64,000 bases of DNA from Fimicolochytrium jonesii (lineage: Eukaryota), in the NCBI RefSeq assembly GCF_025526975.1, contig NW_026515669.1:1426001-1490000 (forward strand), written 5' to 3'. The notes under the pieces are model-generated. The model saw only the letters and a program-made list of their open reading frames with translations. It made no database searches and was not told the origin of the DNA. Positions within the stretch are counted from its first letter, which is position 1. Each line of letters opens with the position of its first letter. Positions 9,754-25,329 of the stretch are shown piece by piece. The position numbers and the translations under genes are program-made.

Positions 9754-12700
9754 TCAAAGGTTGTGCAGCGGGTCCGCCATTGCCTCGCTCCAAGGCCGAG
9801 GTGGTTTAGATGATGAGGTGGTGGATCGGGAATTGATCTCGGCGGCCGCAAAACTGTCAGGGTCAATGGACATGCTGCCATTTGCTGAGGCCGGTTCAGT
9901 GAGCGGTTGGCTGCGTCCACTGTCGCCACTCTGCGAGCTCAATCGACTCAGATTCCCGCTGAAGTTTCTCAAATGCGTAATGACGCTCTTGTTCTTTTTG
10001 GGTCGCCGCGTCTCCATCAATGGCGTGCCTTCCACTACCATAGTCAGCGATGAGGTGTCCGGGCCAGTCTTGGCTCGTACCGGCGTGGCGGGCAGTTCTG
10101 GTGGGTCTGCTGCCGGGGCGATAGTAGGCTCTCTAGTCAGTCCAATGATGCTCTTGCGATACATCGCCTTCCGGCTCTTGGGTGTCCCGGCGCTCATAGA
10201 ACTGCTACTGGATGCATCGTCTGTCGTCGCAGCGGCAACCCGTCCCACTGCTCCTGCTGGCAAGGGTGGGTGTTGCTGTTTGCTGTTGCTGCCTAAACTG
10301 AATGCAAACGAACTCCGACGACGGAGGAGCATATCCCCAAAGCTTTGCATCCGTTTCACCTCTGCAGGTCGCGGCGTTCGATTGTCCAGCGTCCTTGTTG
10401 AGGACTCATCGATCGTGGGCGGCGTTGCTGCATCGATCCGACTTTGGGCCGTCGGCGTCTTTGGCCCTGGTCGGGGCAAGCGGGAGCGCGGGAGGGGGAG
10501 ATCCGACATTGAATTCCAGAGCGAATTTCTGCGAAGAAGTTTCCGTTCCGGTGTAGGGCCTGCTGTGCTGGTGGTGGTGGGTATCCGGGGCTGGTTAGGA
10601 ATCGAGTGGGGCCGCGGCGTTGTTGTGTTGTCAAGTGGCTCTGGTGCCGTCGATGGCGCACCCCCGAGGTCTTCCAATGTCATCTCCTGGTCGGCCATGG
10701 ATTCGGCGTCGTTCGTCGCAACCGGAAAGTCGTCGCTACCCACGGATTTCTCAGGGAGGAAAGGAAGCACGGGCGTGGATTGCGAGTAATCGGCTGATCG
10801 AAGTGCACTTGGACCAAATGTTGACGCCCGCATTATGGGCCCGGAAATTTTAATTTCCTCTTCTTCCTCCACTGGTTCTTTTTCGTCATCCCTCATGCCA
10901 AATTGCTCATACAAAGGCTTCGAGCTATGTGTGCGCTTCAGAAGTAGGGACAAGCCGTGGATCCATAGTTCGTGGTCCGTCCAATTCGTTGGCACGATTT
11001 TGACTTCTCTATGCGGTGTAACGATCGAGATGGCGTGTTCAGGGCCTGGAGGATAGTTCCTGTAGTGATGGTCAGGCTCCTTCCATTTCAAAGAGACGAT
11101 GAAGACTAAAATGACGATGTTCAACGGATTAGAATGATGCAACGATGGCACCTCTCAGTTCTCTTCCGAGTAAGCATACCTGTCTTGGTCTGCATCTTTT
11201 TTTTGCCTTGACTAGGCGGCTTTGGTGCCCAGTTTAGCCCACGAGAATAGGGGTTGACCCAAAAATAGCGAAGCTTGGGGTTCTTGTTATGCCTGTTGAA
11301 CTTCTGGAACTGCAGGAAGCAATAAAACAATGATCAGACAACCATCCTCCACCATTTCCGGCCGTGTGAAATGGATATCTCGACGTACCCAGCTTCCGAC
11401 CATGGTATGCGTCAACCCATGGATAGCCTTATCCCTTTTGTCCTTCTTCTCATCACGACTCATCTCTGATGTTTCGCTGAACACCGCGCTGCTTCCAAAG
11501 CTTGCCATGCTAGCAAGTTGCCGCGGGTCCCGCAACAAGTCTGCTATGCTGCGGTCTCCCTCCGACGCTTCTTCGTCATGCTGACCAGCCCGGCGGCGGG
11601 TCGGTGTTGTAGCATTGCTCCCTTTCGTGCGAAGCATGCTGGTGAAGCGACGCAGGCGAGTGACGGATTCGTTGGTAGGGGTGTCCTGAGATTCTGGTAT
11701 AGAGAACACTCCATCTTCGTCATCCGAGTCGGAATCGCTGTCATGTGCGTCGAGCTCAACTTGGTTCAATGGCAGGTTCACATCTGTATCAATATTGCTC
11801 GGTGCAAGTGGTAGATGGACGTTCAGGTCCGACATTGGTAACTCCAGACGATCCAGGAGAGCCTCGTTTACGGATCCGACTCCAGGGTTGACGTCCCCTA
11901 CTTCTCTGTTCTCCAAATCTGCTTCAGGCAATTGGGGCCTTCTCAGGGGGGACTCATTCTGCATTTCATCCAATTGGGGTCGCGTCGATGGAGGTAGAGG
12001 CCAAGGTAATGGCGACTCGCCGGTCGTGTAAAGCGGTGTACCCCAACGATTGAGTAGGCCGCGTTGCGCCGATGGAAGGTAACTTCCGCTAGGTGATGGG
12101 ATTGCAAGTTTTGTTGGAACGGAGGCTGTACGAGCGTGTGGCTCTGCTGGATTCTCGAAGGGCGATTTGCCAGTACTGGGCATGGCCGGTTGCGATGTGG
12201 CTCGTGGGAGGGAGGTGACGGGCAGAACGAGCTCGCCAACATACACCACTCCGTCGGCAGAAGTGGCGTGATCTATCAAATTCGGCATTGACTCGTCAGA
12301 TTGGCGATCCCTTGTCTTTGAAAGTTGCGTGATCCTCAGCGTAGTAGACTGTGGAGAGGTGTACTCTCCTAGGGGCTCGCGATCCTCTGCGTTTTGCACA
12401 GTCTGCATACCACTGTCCATGCAGAGCACAAAACTGGTGGTACGATCCAGGCATTCATCGAAAACGACCATCAGTTTCCCGGATGTATCTCTGACGGTGC
12501 GCGCAGGCCTGCCGACTTCCGCCGGCGCAGGTACTCGACGGACAGTGGCTGACGTCTCTATAGAAGATCGTCCGGCATCAGCTACCGGCGGCACGGTGTC
12601 TTCGCCGCGTAAAAGATCCGTTGCCGACGAACTTTGCGACTCTGCGGTCTGTTGACCGCTGATTATGAGGTCTATTTCAGCAGCCGCTGCTAGTGCATTT

Positions 12701-14612
12701 TCCTTCGGGGTTTCAGCGGATCGGTCTTCATAGGCAATCCTGTCCGGGGCGGACCATTCAAGACCTTGATCCGGATTGCTAGGCGCTGATGATGCGGAAT
12801 GTTGCTTCTGCTTTGAAGATACTTCCGCCACGGTGATATCGGTAGCGCTGCTGAAGACGTCGTCTATCAGCGGGGGCTGGGCGACTGGTTCTGGCCTTTC
12901 TTCGGGCATGTCGTCGTCAGCTCTTTCAGACGATGTGGTCAAGTCGCTAATCGCAAGGTCAGATGTGGAACTCGCCAAGGGCTCGAGAGCGCTACTCGAA
13001 GCCTGGTCCGCCGCATCTCTCTCCTGGTCCGCAATTGCCGAAAACTCCTTCAACAGGTTGCGGGCTGTTGACGCCATTTTGGGAGATGCTCCCCATTGAT
13101 CACCCGCTCTAATCCGCGAGCTTCGGAATGATCTTATGGAGGACGCTCCAGAACCTCTTCGTAGGCGTCTCACCGCCGCCAGTTTGCCTTTGACTTCCTC
13201 CAGCGTCGCATCAAGTGGCGTCCCTGAGCCGCTTCCACTTCCTTGCACACACTCGATAGCTTCCTGTGCTTCAGCAAGCAGTTTCAAGAGTTCATCCTTT
13301 TCTCTGAGAGTTTCTGCTATGGTGGTCTCCAAATCGCTAATCTGCTGATGGGCGTGCGCCAAAGAAGACGAAAGGGATTCCATGAAGAAGTTTGGTTTCG
13401 AGGGCGATCGTTCTGGACTGTCTGGATCTGATGTCGGTGTTTCAGACGCAACTTCCGTTTCTACTTGTGGCTCAGGCGTTGCATTCCCCGCAGCTTCGAA
13501 GATACTGGAATCTGACCGTGGGTACGATTGCTTTTCCAGTTCTCTGTAGATATCCGTACAGCGTCGCGCGAGAGCCGCCTTCTCACTCTCTAGGGTGGAA
13601 ATTAAGTGCTGGGAGCGAGTTAGCTCTCCTTCGTATTTGGCCTTTGCATTATCGAAGGAGCCTTCTTTCTCGTCATTGGCGTTTCTCAGTGCTTCCAGTT
13701 CTTCGACTTTATCTCGGTATGCAAAATCGAGCTGTCGATAACTATATAGCATCCGGGAAGCATCTGCTTCACTCTTTGCTATCTGGTCCTTGAACTGCTG
13801 GTTCTGTAACTCCATGTCCCACAACTTTTCCTCTTGCTTGGCTGCATTGATTGAACTTCAACGTTAGTATACCGGAGGCGTAATGCGATAGTGTAAGAGA
13901 GCAAGTACGCACCAATTAGGTAAGAGTCTTTCTGATGTTGATTTTGCACCCCTTCTAGTTGTGCCTCCAATGTCGCAATCCTATCGTGTAACTCCACGTT
14001 CTGTTCTTGTGCGATTCCCAGATCATGGCGCAGTGCTCGGACTTGATATATCAAGTGATTGTCGATGTCGGAGGCCAGTTCAGTGTCGATGAAGGCAGCG
14101 GGCTTGGTAGCAAGTCGGCGCGGTGATTGAGGCTTATTGAATCCTTTCTTCGATACCCGCCGCGGCGATTGAGCTCGCCGCTGCAGAAGCGAATGGGACC
14201 TCTCTATTGATTCCATGGAGCTCCTCTTGCGCCGCGGCATCTCGGGACTATTGGATGGGGACAGTTTCCCCATAAAGTCCTTGAAGGAGGCAGACAGGGC
14301 GTCGGCATCCTGCTCTATATCCCGGAGCCTGTCTATCGACGTCCTTCTTCTGGAGGAGTCTGACTCTTCTCCTGCTGAAATGCCTTCAACCTCTTTCAGT
14401 CGGTTTCGAAGCTTCTCGTGGTCCTCCAGAAGCCTTTTCCCCACCGTGGCTGCCGTTATTAGCTGTGCCTCCGACTCTTCCAGTCGCTTCCTCAAGTCTT
14501 CGTTCTCGATTTTCAGCTTCTGCATCATTGCGGGAAGGATTGCGTTTCCCGCCCGAGGCTGCTCTTCAGAGAGTTTTGGCCGCCCGGCCAAACCACCCGT
14601 TCGACCTGACAT
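9754..14612 (-). CDS. NUM1: Num1/ApsA/Mcp5-like cortical dynein anchor (N-terminal coiled coils, PH domain)
   Basis: Coiled coil LITAATVGKRLLEDHEKL; AIHGLTHTMVGSW-FQKFNRH...RYFWVNPYSRGLNW...SIVTPHREVKIVPTNWTDHELWIHGLSLL resembles the Mcp5/Num1 PH domain; introns near 13.85-13.91, 11.31-11.39 and 11.11-11.18 kb. Confidence 0.78.
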
Positions 14613-15697
14613 GCCGCTTTAGCAAGGTCGTTATCTCTCAACCGGCCTCGGGAGACGGGAAGGCTGGGCTGACTGCGTCGATGTTGAGACTGTGGAGCAC
14701 GTAGTAGATCAAGGCCGGAGTCGCGCTCCGAGGCAGATCTACACCGTATTCCGTCGTCCAAAGAGCCCGTGCTGAGCCCTGCTGCTGTGCCCACGGACTA
14801 AATACAAGCGACGGAAACTCTGCTTCGCACCAGCACCAGATAGCTGACAGAAGACTCCAACAGTGTGCCGTATGTATTCTACTTGAGCTACGTCTGACGT
14901 CCTCCGGTGAACGCTGTCGAAACAACGACGGCAAGGATGTCGAATTTCTTTTTTCCCACGCGTCTCTCAGGGGCCACCACCGCGTTCCGTCTGCGTACAA
15001 CGGAGTCGACACAACCGTGACTTATGTATCATACGTATACATACAAGTTACATGACAAGTTCTAACGATGATAAAGCGCCGTGCTAGGGACCAATTGGGG
15101 TTACGGTAAGGTCTTAGGTGACCCACCCTCCATGGATAGTATTGTCATAGGTCTTGCTGCCAGATCTTGTCGTTGGCGGTGAGATCAAGCCACGCCAGGC
15201 CAGGTTCAACCGTTCAGTTCAAGTTGTTCAACGGCAGATATACTGTATTTGGGAAGAAGCCTCGTTTCCCTGCCTCGCACAACCAAGCAAACCTTGAACA
15301 CAGATACAGTGTAGATACATAGATACCCCTGTACACACCATATTCAGGGTCTAGAGTGCTGATAGTTCTGAGGCTGTAGTTACGTAGCAAGCACTCTGGT
15401 GCGGTCGCTCTAGGGACCCGTTTCCAAATCGTGTCCTCGAAGATGATTTTGTGGCCCTCGTTAGGAACTCTCCTTAACTCTAACTCAAAGCGAGCCATTG
15501 CGGTCTTGACCATCTTCATTTCCAGGTGAGTTACAACACCAAGACGCTTACAGTTTAAGCTTATGTATTCTTGGGAACTCGAGTCTTCGGCGCGCGACCC
15601 GGCGTCCCTCCCACCCTGTCTCATTGACCATAAAACGCAACACCTCCTTTCCAGATCTGTTGGCTCAGTGCAACGCCTTCGACTCGTAAGGCAGACA

Positions 15698-18600
15698 ATG
15701 ACAAGGTCTAACCCGCGACCCGACGCAACAATGTGGACCTTCTTCTACGTCGTATTGACACTTGTGGCTGCTCGCGGTGTTTGGACTATCGGCGAGGGGC
15801 GCGGCTGGTGGAAGAAGGCTATCCGTGACGACAAGCCAGACCCAGACCGGAAGGCAGGGGACGCAGATACATCTGACGGGCCATCTAAGAACACCGATCG
15901 CACGTCGGCATCTTCTATAAGTGCTCGGAAGCCTGGGGTTAGAGCCCCATCAACACTGCCGAAACTTGGCCCTCCCGTCGAGTTAGCGGATTCATCGCCC
16001 AACGCGGGGGGAACTGATTCATTTCTGGCAAAAGAGAAAGGCACTACATTAGAAACCGAAACTGCCAAGAAATCCTTCGTTCGGAAAATGGCTATGAAGT
16101 ACGAGGGGAGCATTCCGGACGGAGACGTGGGTGCATCCAGATCATCGGCCGATTCGGGCCTGCGAGGGGCATTTCAACCGGCGTGGGGCGTGCGTCAAAG
16201 AGCGATTTCAAAGGAGAGCATAGGGGTCGCTCAAGACGTCGGCTTGACGGCTTCTGATCGGACAGACGAGAGTAATGTTTCGAAGTCGACTAAAAAGGCG
16301 GCATCACTCAATGCAATCGAGAGGCATGGCATGAGTTCTACTCCTGCCACCAAGCCGGATGCACCGTCGAATTTGATTACAAACACCACGCTCTCGATCC
16401 CTCGGGACACCATAGCCGTCGATGCATTGACTGTTTCCCCAGTCTCAGAGAAATCATTACAAAGGGCCAGTAGTTCCGACGAGGAGAAGCTGGCATTGGC
16501 AAGCCAATCAACGCCGACAGAAGAAGGGACCCATAAACACAAGCAGGGGACAGAGCCAGATGGTGTTCATGGGCAGACATCTGGAAAACGGACGAGCGAA
16601 CCAGCAATACCCACAATGAAAAGTGAGGACAGCATACGGTTGCCCGCTAGCAACGAAGGGACTACATGGGCATCCATCAGTTCGGAGTCTAGCATCGTGC
16701 CGTCATTGGTTCAGCCAGCGGCGCGGAAGGATCCTTTGGTCGGGTTCCAAAGGAACGACCCCTCCGAAGCATCATCTCTTCTGTCTGACTCACGTAAGCC
16801 CTCTGTACAGTCCCTTTTGGGAGAATCAAGCTTCGCAGAAGAGTTTTGGCAGGCCGTCGGGATAGAAGATCCCACTATCAGCGCAAGCGCAAGTCCTGAA
16901 ATGGGACGGTCAACTCGACCCTCGAACGATGCGATAGCAGAGCCCAACGCGCTCACATCTGGCGACGAAGACTCTCCGTCGCAGAGGTCTCCCACCATTC
17001 AACGACATGTTTCGCAAAGACTGAGTGAGCGTAAAGACAGTGATCGATCAGTGAGGAAGGCTGCTTCTTTCAGCATGGACAGGCGGCCGACCCCCGGCTC
17101 TCGACAGAGCAGCTACAGACCTTTGCCCGTCGTTCCGCAAGTCTCTTCTCCCTTGATCGGCTCGTCGGAAAGCCGAGAAACGCCATCTCGTAGACACTCT
17201 GCTGGATATGGGAAGGAGCTCCCTTCACCAGCAGACCGCGACTTGGCCTTTGAGACGGATGCCGATGCCGAAAAGGACACCAGTTCCGATGTATCGCATG
17301 GAAGCGCAAAGACTCCAGATCTTCCGACAGTGCTGAACCTCAATAAGCGAGATCTCGCCGTCCTTCCACCTCTGTCAACGGATCATTGTGGCGCCTTGAC
17401 CAAGCTGCTGCTTTCCCGGAATCGGTTGGCCTCGCTGCCATCGACATTATTCGAACAAATGCCCAATCTCAAGGTCTTGGATCTTTCCGATAACTGCCTA
17501 GGGCGAATTCCGGAAGGTTTGGATCGCCTTCCGAATCTGCTGGAGCTCAATGTTGCCAGCAATGGAATAGACCGAGTGGGTTCTGAGTTGGGCGTCTGTA
17601 CAGGCCTGCGCATTCTATCGCTGGGGAAAAACAGACTGTACGAGGTCACACCTGAAGCGCTTGCGCCGTTGCTGCATCTCTGCTTTTTGGACCTGTCGTC
17701 AAACTTCATGCGGACAGTGCCGTTGATTCTGCACAAGCGCTTGCCAACCCTCAGGAGGCTGATTTTGGATGATAACCCGATCGAGCCATCGTTGTTGACA
17801 CTTGTCAATCCGCTCTTGTCCCCATCAAAGCGGAAATCTTCCCGGGAATTGCAGTCTGGGAGGGTCAAGTCGATCATCTTAGGAGGCAGCCGGTTCAAAA
17901 AGGAAGGCTCGACAGTTGGTCAGGACGAGGATGATCTCTACGAGTACAGTCTCTGGGCGGATGAGGATAGAGAAAGCATGACGAGCTTTGATAGCGGCGT
18001 GGCGGATATGGGAATTTCGAGAATTCTGTCTCGCGCGCGAATGGACGATGGTATGTATCTGATGCAAGAATCTTACTCGCCACTTGCAATCTAACGTGAC
18101 GTGCATGTCTGTAGGGCCAACTAGCCGAGAGTACACACAGCGTCCAGGCTCCGGCGAAAGCGACAGCCTTGGTCGCAGAAGCGAGAGCTTAGGCCGCCTG
18201 CACCCCACATCCGCATACGGTATCGCTCTACGCCGGCTTTTGAATCATTTGAGAGATGCATATGAGCTGGCACCAGTGGGACAGACGAAAGGGAGGGCAT
18301 CGGCAGATGAACTTCAAGATGCTGAGCGAGCTGGACTAACCCCGGCGACTTCAGCCTTAATACCAACCGATGCACTAGCAACACCGGGCAGCGTCACCCG
18401 TGTCGAAGTCAATATACCCGCACCCCCGCCTACGTCGTCTCCGTCCCCGGAACGCCGCGGCCAGATAGCGAACGAGATAGTGGTCACGGAACGGACTTTT
18501 GTTCGTGAGCTGCAAGCGCTGATGGAGCTCTATGTTCGTCCGTTACGAGATCAGAACATCTTCTCCGAGAGCGAGATCCGTACCGTGTTCGGAAATGTGG

Positions 18601-20141
18601 ATGACATCCTTGCACTACATGAATAGTACGTATGCAATGGCGTTTTGGAAAGGGACCTTAACGGTTTGCTAATTTCCGTCCCGGCTCCTAACAGCACACT
18701 GCTCCCGGCATTGGAAGAAGCTCTTGCGAGTGGTGCGCAACCACTTGGCTCTGTGTTCCAACGCCTCGGTTCTCAGCTTGCCCTCTACGAACCATACTAT
18801 AACAATTTTGATACCGCGAACTCCTTCGTCACGCTACTCCTCACCATTGCCAATGCATCAGGCGGCTCGACCAACGCGAACTCCTCCCAGAAGAAGACGC
18901 TGTCTGATAAACGCAGACGCGAACTGAAGCCCATGGCCAAACAATACCGACAATTTGTAGCACGCGCAAAGGCCAACCCTTTACATGCGTCGCAAATCAG
19001 CCTACAAGCGTACCTCATATTGCCTGTTCAACGACTGCCTCGTTACAAGATGCTTTTGGATACTCTGTTGAAAGCCACGTCACCATCCGATGCCGACTAC
19101 AGCGCTTGCCTGGAAGCCACGCGGATCGTCTCCCGGGTGGTTTCCAACTCCAACGAGAGTAAACGGCAATTCGAAGCCGTGCGCAACGGCACGTCGTTGC
19201 TAGGGAGGATACATGTCCCTGAGAACTCCCCAATGTCAGCGACATCTTCGCCACTGAGCATCTCATCTTCTTCCGAGAGTCCCACGGAACCTGGATCGGA
19301 TCGTAAGATGCTGTTCAGCGGAGAAGTCCGCTTGGTCAAGTTCGTTGAGCGGGACGCCCCGCATGCGCTCAACATGCTCGCATTGATCGAGAAGGAGATC
19401 AAGAAAAAGGCCAAGAAGCGGGCGGAGTGCGAGCGTGTAGACAGATTACTTGAGTGGCGTGTTGGCAAAGTCTGGAAGAAGTTTGGAGCCGACGGTGACA
19501 ATAGTAATTCAACGGCTGCGATAACCGCTAGCCCACAACATGCGCAACACTCAATCGACATATTTGCACCCGACTCCCCATCCCTGTCTGTCGAGACCCT
19601 CTCAGAACACGGCATCCAGCCCACCTCAGGTCTCGAATACGCACTGCACGTCATCGGTAGCCAGCTCTACTGGTGCACACGGAGACCAACCCATTCCTCA
19701 TCCTCCTCAGCATCGTCCTCCCGGAACCGCCGCCGAACCCTGATCAGCGAAGAGATGGACCGCAGCCCAAGCGCCACAACCGCCTTCATCGAGCGCCAAC
19801 AACAACAGCAAGCGGGTCTCCCCACAGCCTCGCCCGTCACACGCACGTCGCCACCGCTCGTCCGCCGATCGCAATCCGAAAGCGATTTCCGTCATCGCCC
19901 GCAGATCGAGGAGGTGCTCTCGGACGCGAGCAATGAGGCAGAGTTTGATCTTGTGCGAAGTCTGCGCGGGCCGGCGCTCACGGCGACGTTCTTGGGGAAC
20001 GTGTCGGCTGTGCATGCGTTAGCGAGGGTGTGTGACGGGACGTGCGCCATGTACGTCGTCGGTGGGGAACGGGCGATCAGGGACCTGATCGCCGCAGTTG
20101 AGAAGGCAACCGTGCCGCCGACGGTTGTTGTGACGTTGTGA
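15698..20141 (+). CDS. Membrane-anchored LRR + RhoGEF (DH/PH-like) protein
   Basis: N-terminal TM (WTFFYVVLTLVAARGVW); several LxxLxLxxNxL repeats at about 17.3-17.8 kb; DH motifs RRGQIANEIVVTERTFVRELQAL and LQAYLILPVQRLPRYKMLL; introns at about 18051-18114 and 18626-18692. Confidence 0.85.
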
Positions 20142-20509
20142 GACTTGAGCCACGCACTTTTTTTCACTGCATTTGCATTCTTCCCCCATTTCGGCCAGAA
20201 GGCCATCATTATCCATCACGTTTTTGAACACTTACCCCAATGGACCATCGTCCTCATCAATACCCCCACATATAGAAGACATTTCAAACCATTCCCCCCA
20301 TCTGTATACACACATATTTACTTATACCTGGTCTATTCATTGCAATCATTAGTCAGTACGTCTGTTCTATCCGCGCGCACCGCCTATGAAATGTCATAAC
20401 TAGCTAAGCCGGATTGTTTTTCCCCAGAGGCCCCCAGAGGGTTTCCCGCCGAGTGTCCCGATGGCCGACACACAGCAGTAACCCTCATCGTCGAAGAGAT
20501 GCATATGCA

Positions 20510-22201
<1,692 letters not shown>

Positions 22202-22481
22202 TCACACGAGGGAGTGCATTAAAATCGAAAGCCTTTTAAAACAGCACGTGATGACGGGAGTGACAAATCCGGGTCGCGTTTCAACCTGAACGCGAAACGA
22301 AAGAGCCCCTGGATTCGGATTCGAGGACTTCGCACCGCGCCCGCCCCGCTCTTTTTGCAAGGCAAAACTCTTTCCTCAACCGGATAGCTGATTCCCCATC
22401 ATATACATTACCCCCAAAGCACTGTAACCAGCCCCGCTCTCGAACTTCAATCGGCTTCATACAGCAAACACCAGCAACAAA

Positions 22482-23881
22482 ATGTCAAAACCAACCCGCA
22501 AACACAATATTCCAGCCCTCACAATGCCACACCTCTCCAAGGACAAGGCATCGCAACTAGCAGCCGCCGCCGAACCGAACTCGCCTAGTACGGCAAAGAG
22601 GACCATCACAAAAGCAATGACACACCTACGAGCACTGAAAATAAACCGTCGGCCATCGAGAGACGTGCAGCCTACGCCGATAAAGTCGCCGAAGAGTGCA
22701 GTGACGATTAGTATCAGTGTGTCCGAGAGGGCGGACCCGATGGTTGCGCAAGCCTGCGTGAGGATGAAGTATCTGGAGTCTCTGTTGGAGGAGCTGAGAG
22801 GATACTCTGGAGAAAAGCGCATTATGGCGGAGACGTATTTATTGAAGGTTGCGGAGAAGGTGCGTTTCGGCAAATGGATGGACATTGTGTTCGTGGCGGT
22901 GGACGGTTGACTTACGTGAACTCTTGCAGGAAATGAATCGGGCCAGCGACTACGCGAGCCGGAAAGCTGACGCCTTTGCAGCGAATATCTCAGCTCTACA
23001 GACCGCCGTTGTGCGTCTATCGTCGCCATTCTGCAACTCTAAGAAGCAACTATACGCCATCCGGCCGTTTCTTCGGACATTCCAACGACAGAGTGCATCC
23101 ATGGCCCCCAAACGCGACAAGGGTTTCCCCGTCATGGATCCGATGTTCGATGAATACCTGGTAGACTTGAGGGAACAGGCGAAAAAGGTGGCTAAGAAGA
23201 CGGGATCCGGCGACATAAGCGACTCGCTCAAAGTCTTTGTGAGGATGGAAACGGATTTTCGGTCCCTCCTGCACTTCATCGCAAAATCGATCTCTGACAT
23301 CGACGAGCTTACCCGCAACCTGAATCATATATCCTCGGCAAATGGAGACGCAACACCAGCTCAACCCGCCTCAGGCTTCCTATCAGCCCTCCACCTCGCG
23401 CAGACCCTTTCCCTAGAAAGCAGAGCCATGATCGCCAAACTCGTCTCCGACCTCGTCCCAGATCTAGAAACGTACGAGTGTGCCGTGTGTCTCGCTACCC
23501 TCTACGAGCCAGTCCAGCTTCAAACCTGCAAGCACCGTTTCTGCAGCGAGTGTCTGCACCAGCATGAACGTTTCTCTGCGTTTTGGGCGTACCTGTACTG
23601 GATTGATGTTCAGTGCCCCATATGCAGAGGAAGCTATACCGGCCGATGCAAATTCCAGGACGTTGCTTTGAACAAGTATGCACTTTCTTGTTTGTCGTTC
23701 CTTCATCTCCTTGTGCCTTGTGACTTACCAACGCCCTCTTTCTATCAGCTTGATCAAAACGTACTTCCCACGCGAGCACAATGCGAAAGGCAGGACGGAG
23801 CTTCAGCGCAAACTCAGAAGGAAGTTTATCCTGCTGGTTAGGAAGAAGATAGTCTGGCGTGATACCTTTTGGGAGGGATGA
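22482..23881 (+). CDS. C3HC4 RING-finger E3 ligase (resembles fungal SPX-RING type)
   Basis: CAVC...CKHRFCSEC...CPICR RING followed by DVALNNLIKTYFPRE; introns near 22860-22929 and 23675-23748. Confidence 0.75.
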
Positions 23882-24585
23882 AAGGATTGGCGTATGGCCT
23901 TGAAAACGCAACATGTAGATTGGACCTATTGCGCTGCTGTATATATGACAAAGGCGGAGCACTACCCTATTAATTAGGTGCCCGCGGAGGGTAGCAGTTG
24001 CCTACCTGTTGTTGTAGATAGTGGGATCAGGACCTCTGGCGTATGAAAAATAGATGGTGTGAGATGACTAATAACATGTTCGAAAGCATCGTTAGTTCAG
24101 CTGCGTGCTGTCCGCTAGATTCGCAAGTGTGGCCGCAAGCTCAACATCTCTCGCCCCGGAAAGCTCGGCATAAAGAAAATCTATATTATACAAGAAGCGA
24201 TAAATCAAAAAGGAGAGAAAGCGAGCGCAATACAAATATAGCGCAGCCGAACGCTTCAGAAAGGGAGAGGGTGCAGAAATGGGCGCGCGAGGGAGGGATG
24301 GTGAGCGTGAGATGATGAGAGATGACGATGGGGATGCCCTACAAACTTCACGGTGAGGTGGCAGCTCTACGGTAGGTGTGTGGCTATGTCTACGCTCTTC
24401 CCTCGACGAATTCCCGGGTTCAATGAAGAGAGAAGCATTCTTGCATTCTCCTCGGTGTTTTCTTGTGAGGTTGGATGAAAAGTACCAGACGGCTTGTCGT
24501 TCGATTGAAATAAATTATTGCCCTGCGTTTGAAATGCATGTTAGGGCGGCCTTCCAGAAGCGGCTATGCGGGGTTCAAATAGAGA

Positions 24586-25329
24586 CTAACCACGTCCACG
24601 GCCACGACCGCCGAATCCACCACGGCCCCTTGGTGCGCCTCCACCACGACCTCCACCGAAACCTCCGCCAAAACCACCACGGCCTCGTGGCGCGCCTCCA
24701 CCACGACCACCTCCGAATCCACCACGGCCGCCCCGGGGTGCTCCTCGGCCACCCCCACGTCCTCCTCGCTTTTCTACCATTCCTTGTCGTCCCAATGGCT
24801 TAGCTGAAATATGAGATGTGTCAGAAAGAGAACGCTATTTGCGCATTGAAGTGTGCGCAAGTACGCGGTATAAGTGCAGTGCCGGCTTGAAAAACTCACA
24901 TTTTGTGAAGGATTTTGGCTTCGGCAGGAACCTGTCCAGAGGCAGCAGCTTATCAGGCGCAATGTAGACCTTGTCTCCACCCTTAAAGCTGTTCGCCTGA
25001 ACACCTTCTTGAAGCTTAACGGTGAAGAAGACTTCGTTCAGAGGCCCGAGAATTTCGTCGACTTTGCCGATTTGTGTCTTGTTCTCGAGGAAGATAGGAG
25101 CATTGAAGTAAGGGATTTTGGCCTGGGAGTCCAAACGGGAGCAGACGAGCTCGCCTTCGCAAGGGTGGATGAAGGCGCCCATTTCGACGACCGAGTCCGG
25201 GGGACCCTGTTGGAAGTTGTTGAATCCACCGCGACCTCCTCCGCGACCGCCTCCACCGCGCGGGGCTCCACGACCACGACCGCCTGCACCGAAACCACCC
25301 CGTCCGCGAGGTGCTCCTCTTCCGCTCAT
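24586..25329 (-). CDS. GAR1: H/ACA snoRNP protein Gar1
   Basis: RGG repeats flanking the core [19 protein letters not shown]...[25 protein letters not shown]...[13 protein letters not shown]; intron 24899-24804. Confidence 0.97.

Noticed and set aside
9623..10789. 388-aa plus-strand ORF and many similar antisense ORFs (e.g. 26066-26962, 35128-35781)
   Set aside because: Antisense shadows of real genes, expected from codon bias
15214..15624. 136-aa minus-strand ORF between NUM1 and the LRR-RhoGEF gene
   Set aside because: No motif or splice support that I can recognise; cannot call it
22245..22252. CACGTG boxes upstream of the RING gene and MIR1 (34569) as a Pho4-type regulon
   Set aside because: Single 6-mers in RTCACGTG (Cbf1-type) context; not distinguishable from chance
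24586..24770. G-rich tandem repeats
   Set aside because: These are the coding RGG repeats of Gar1, not a CRISPR array or satellite
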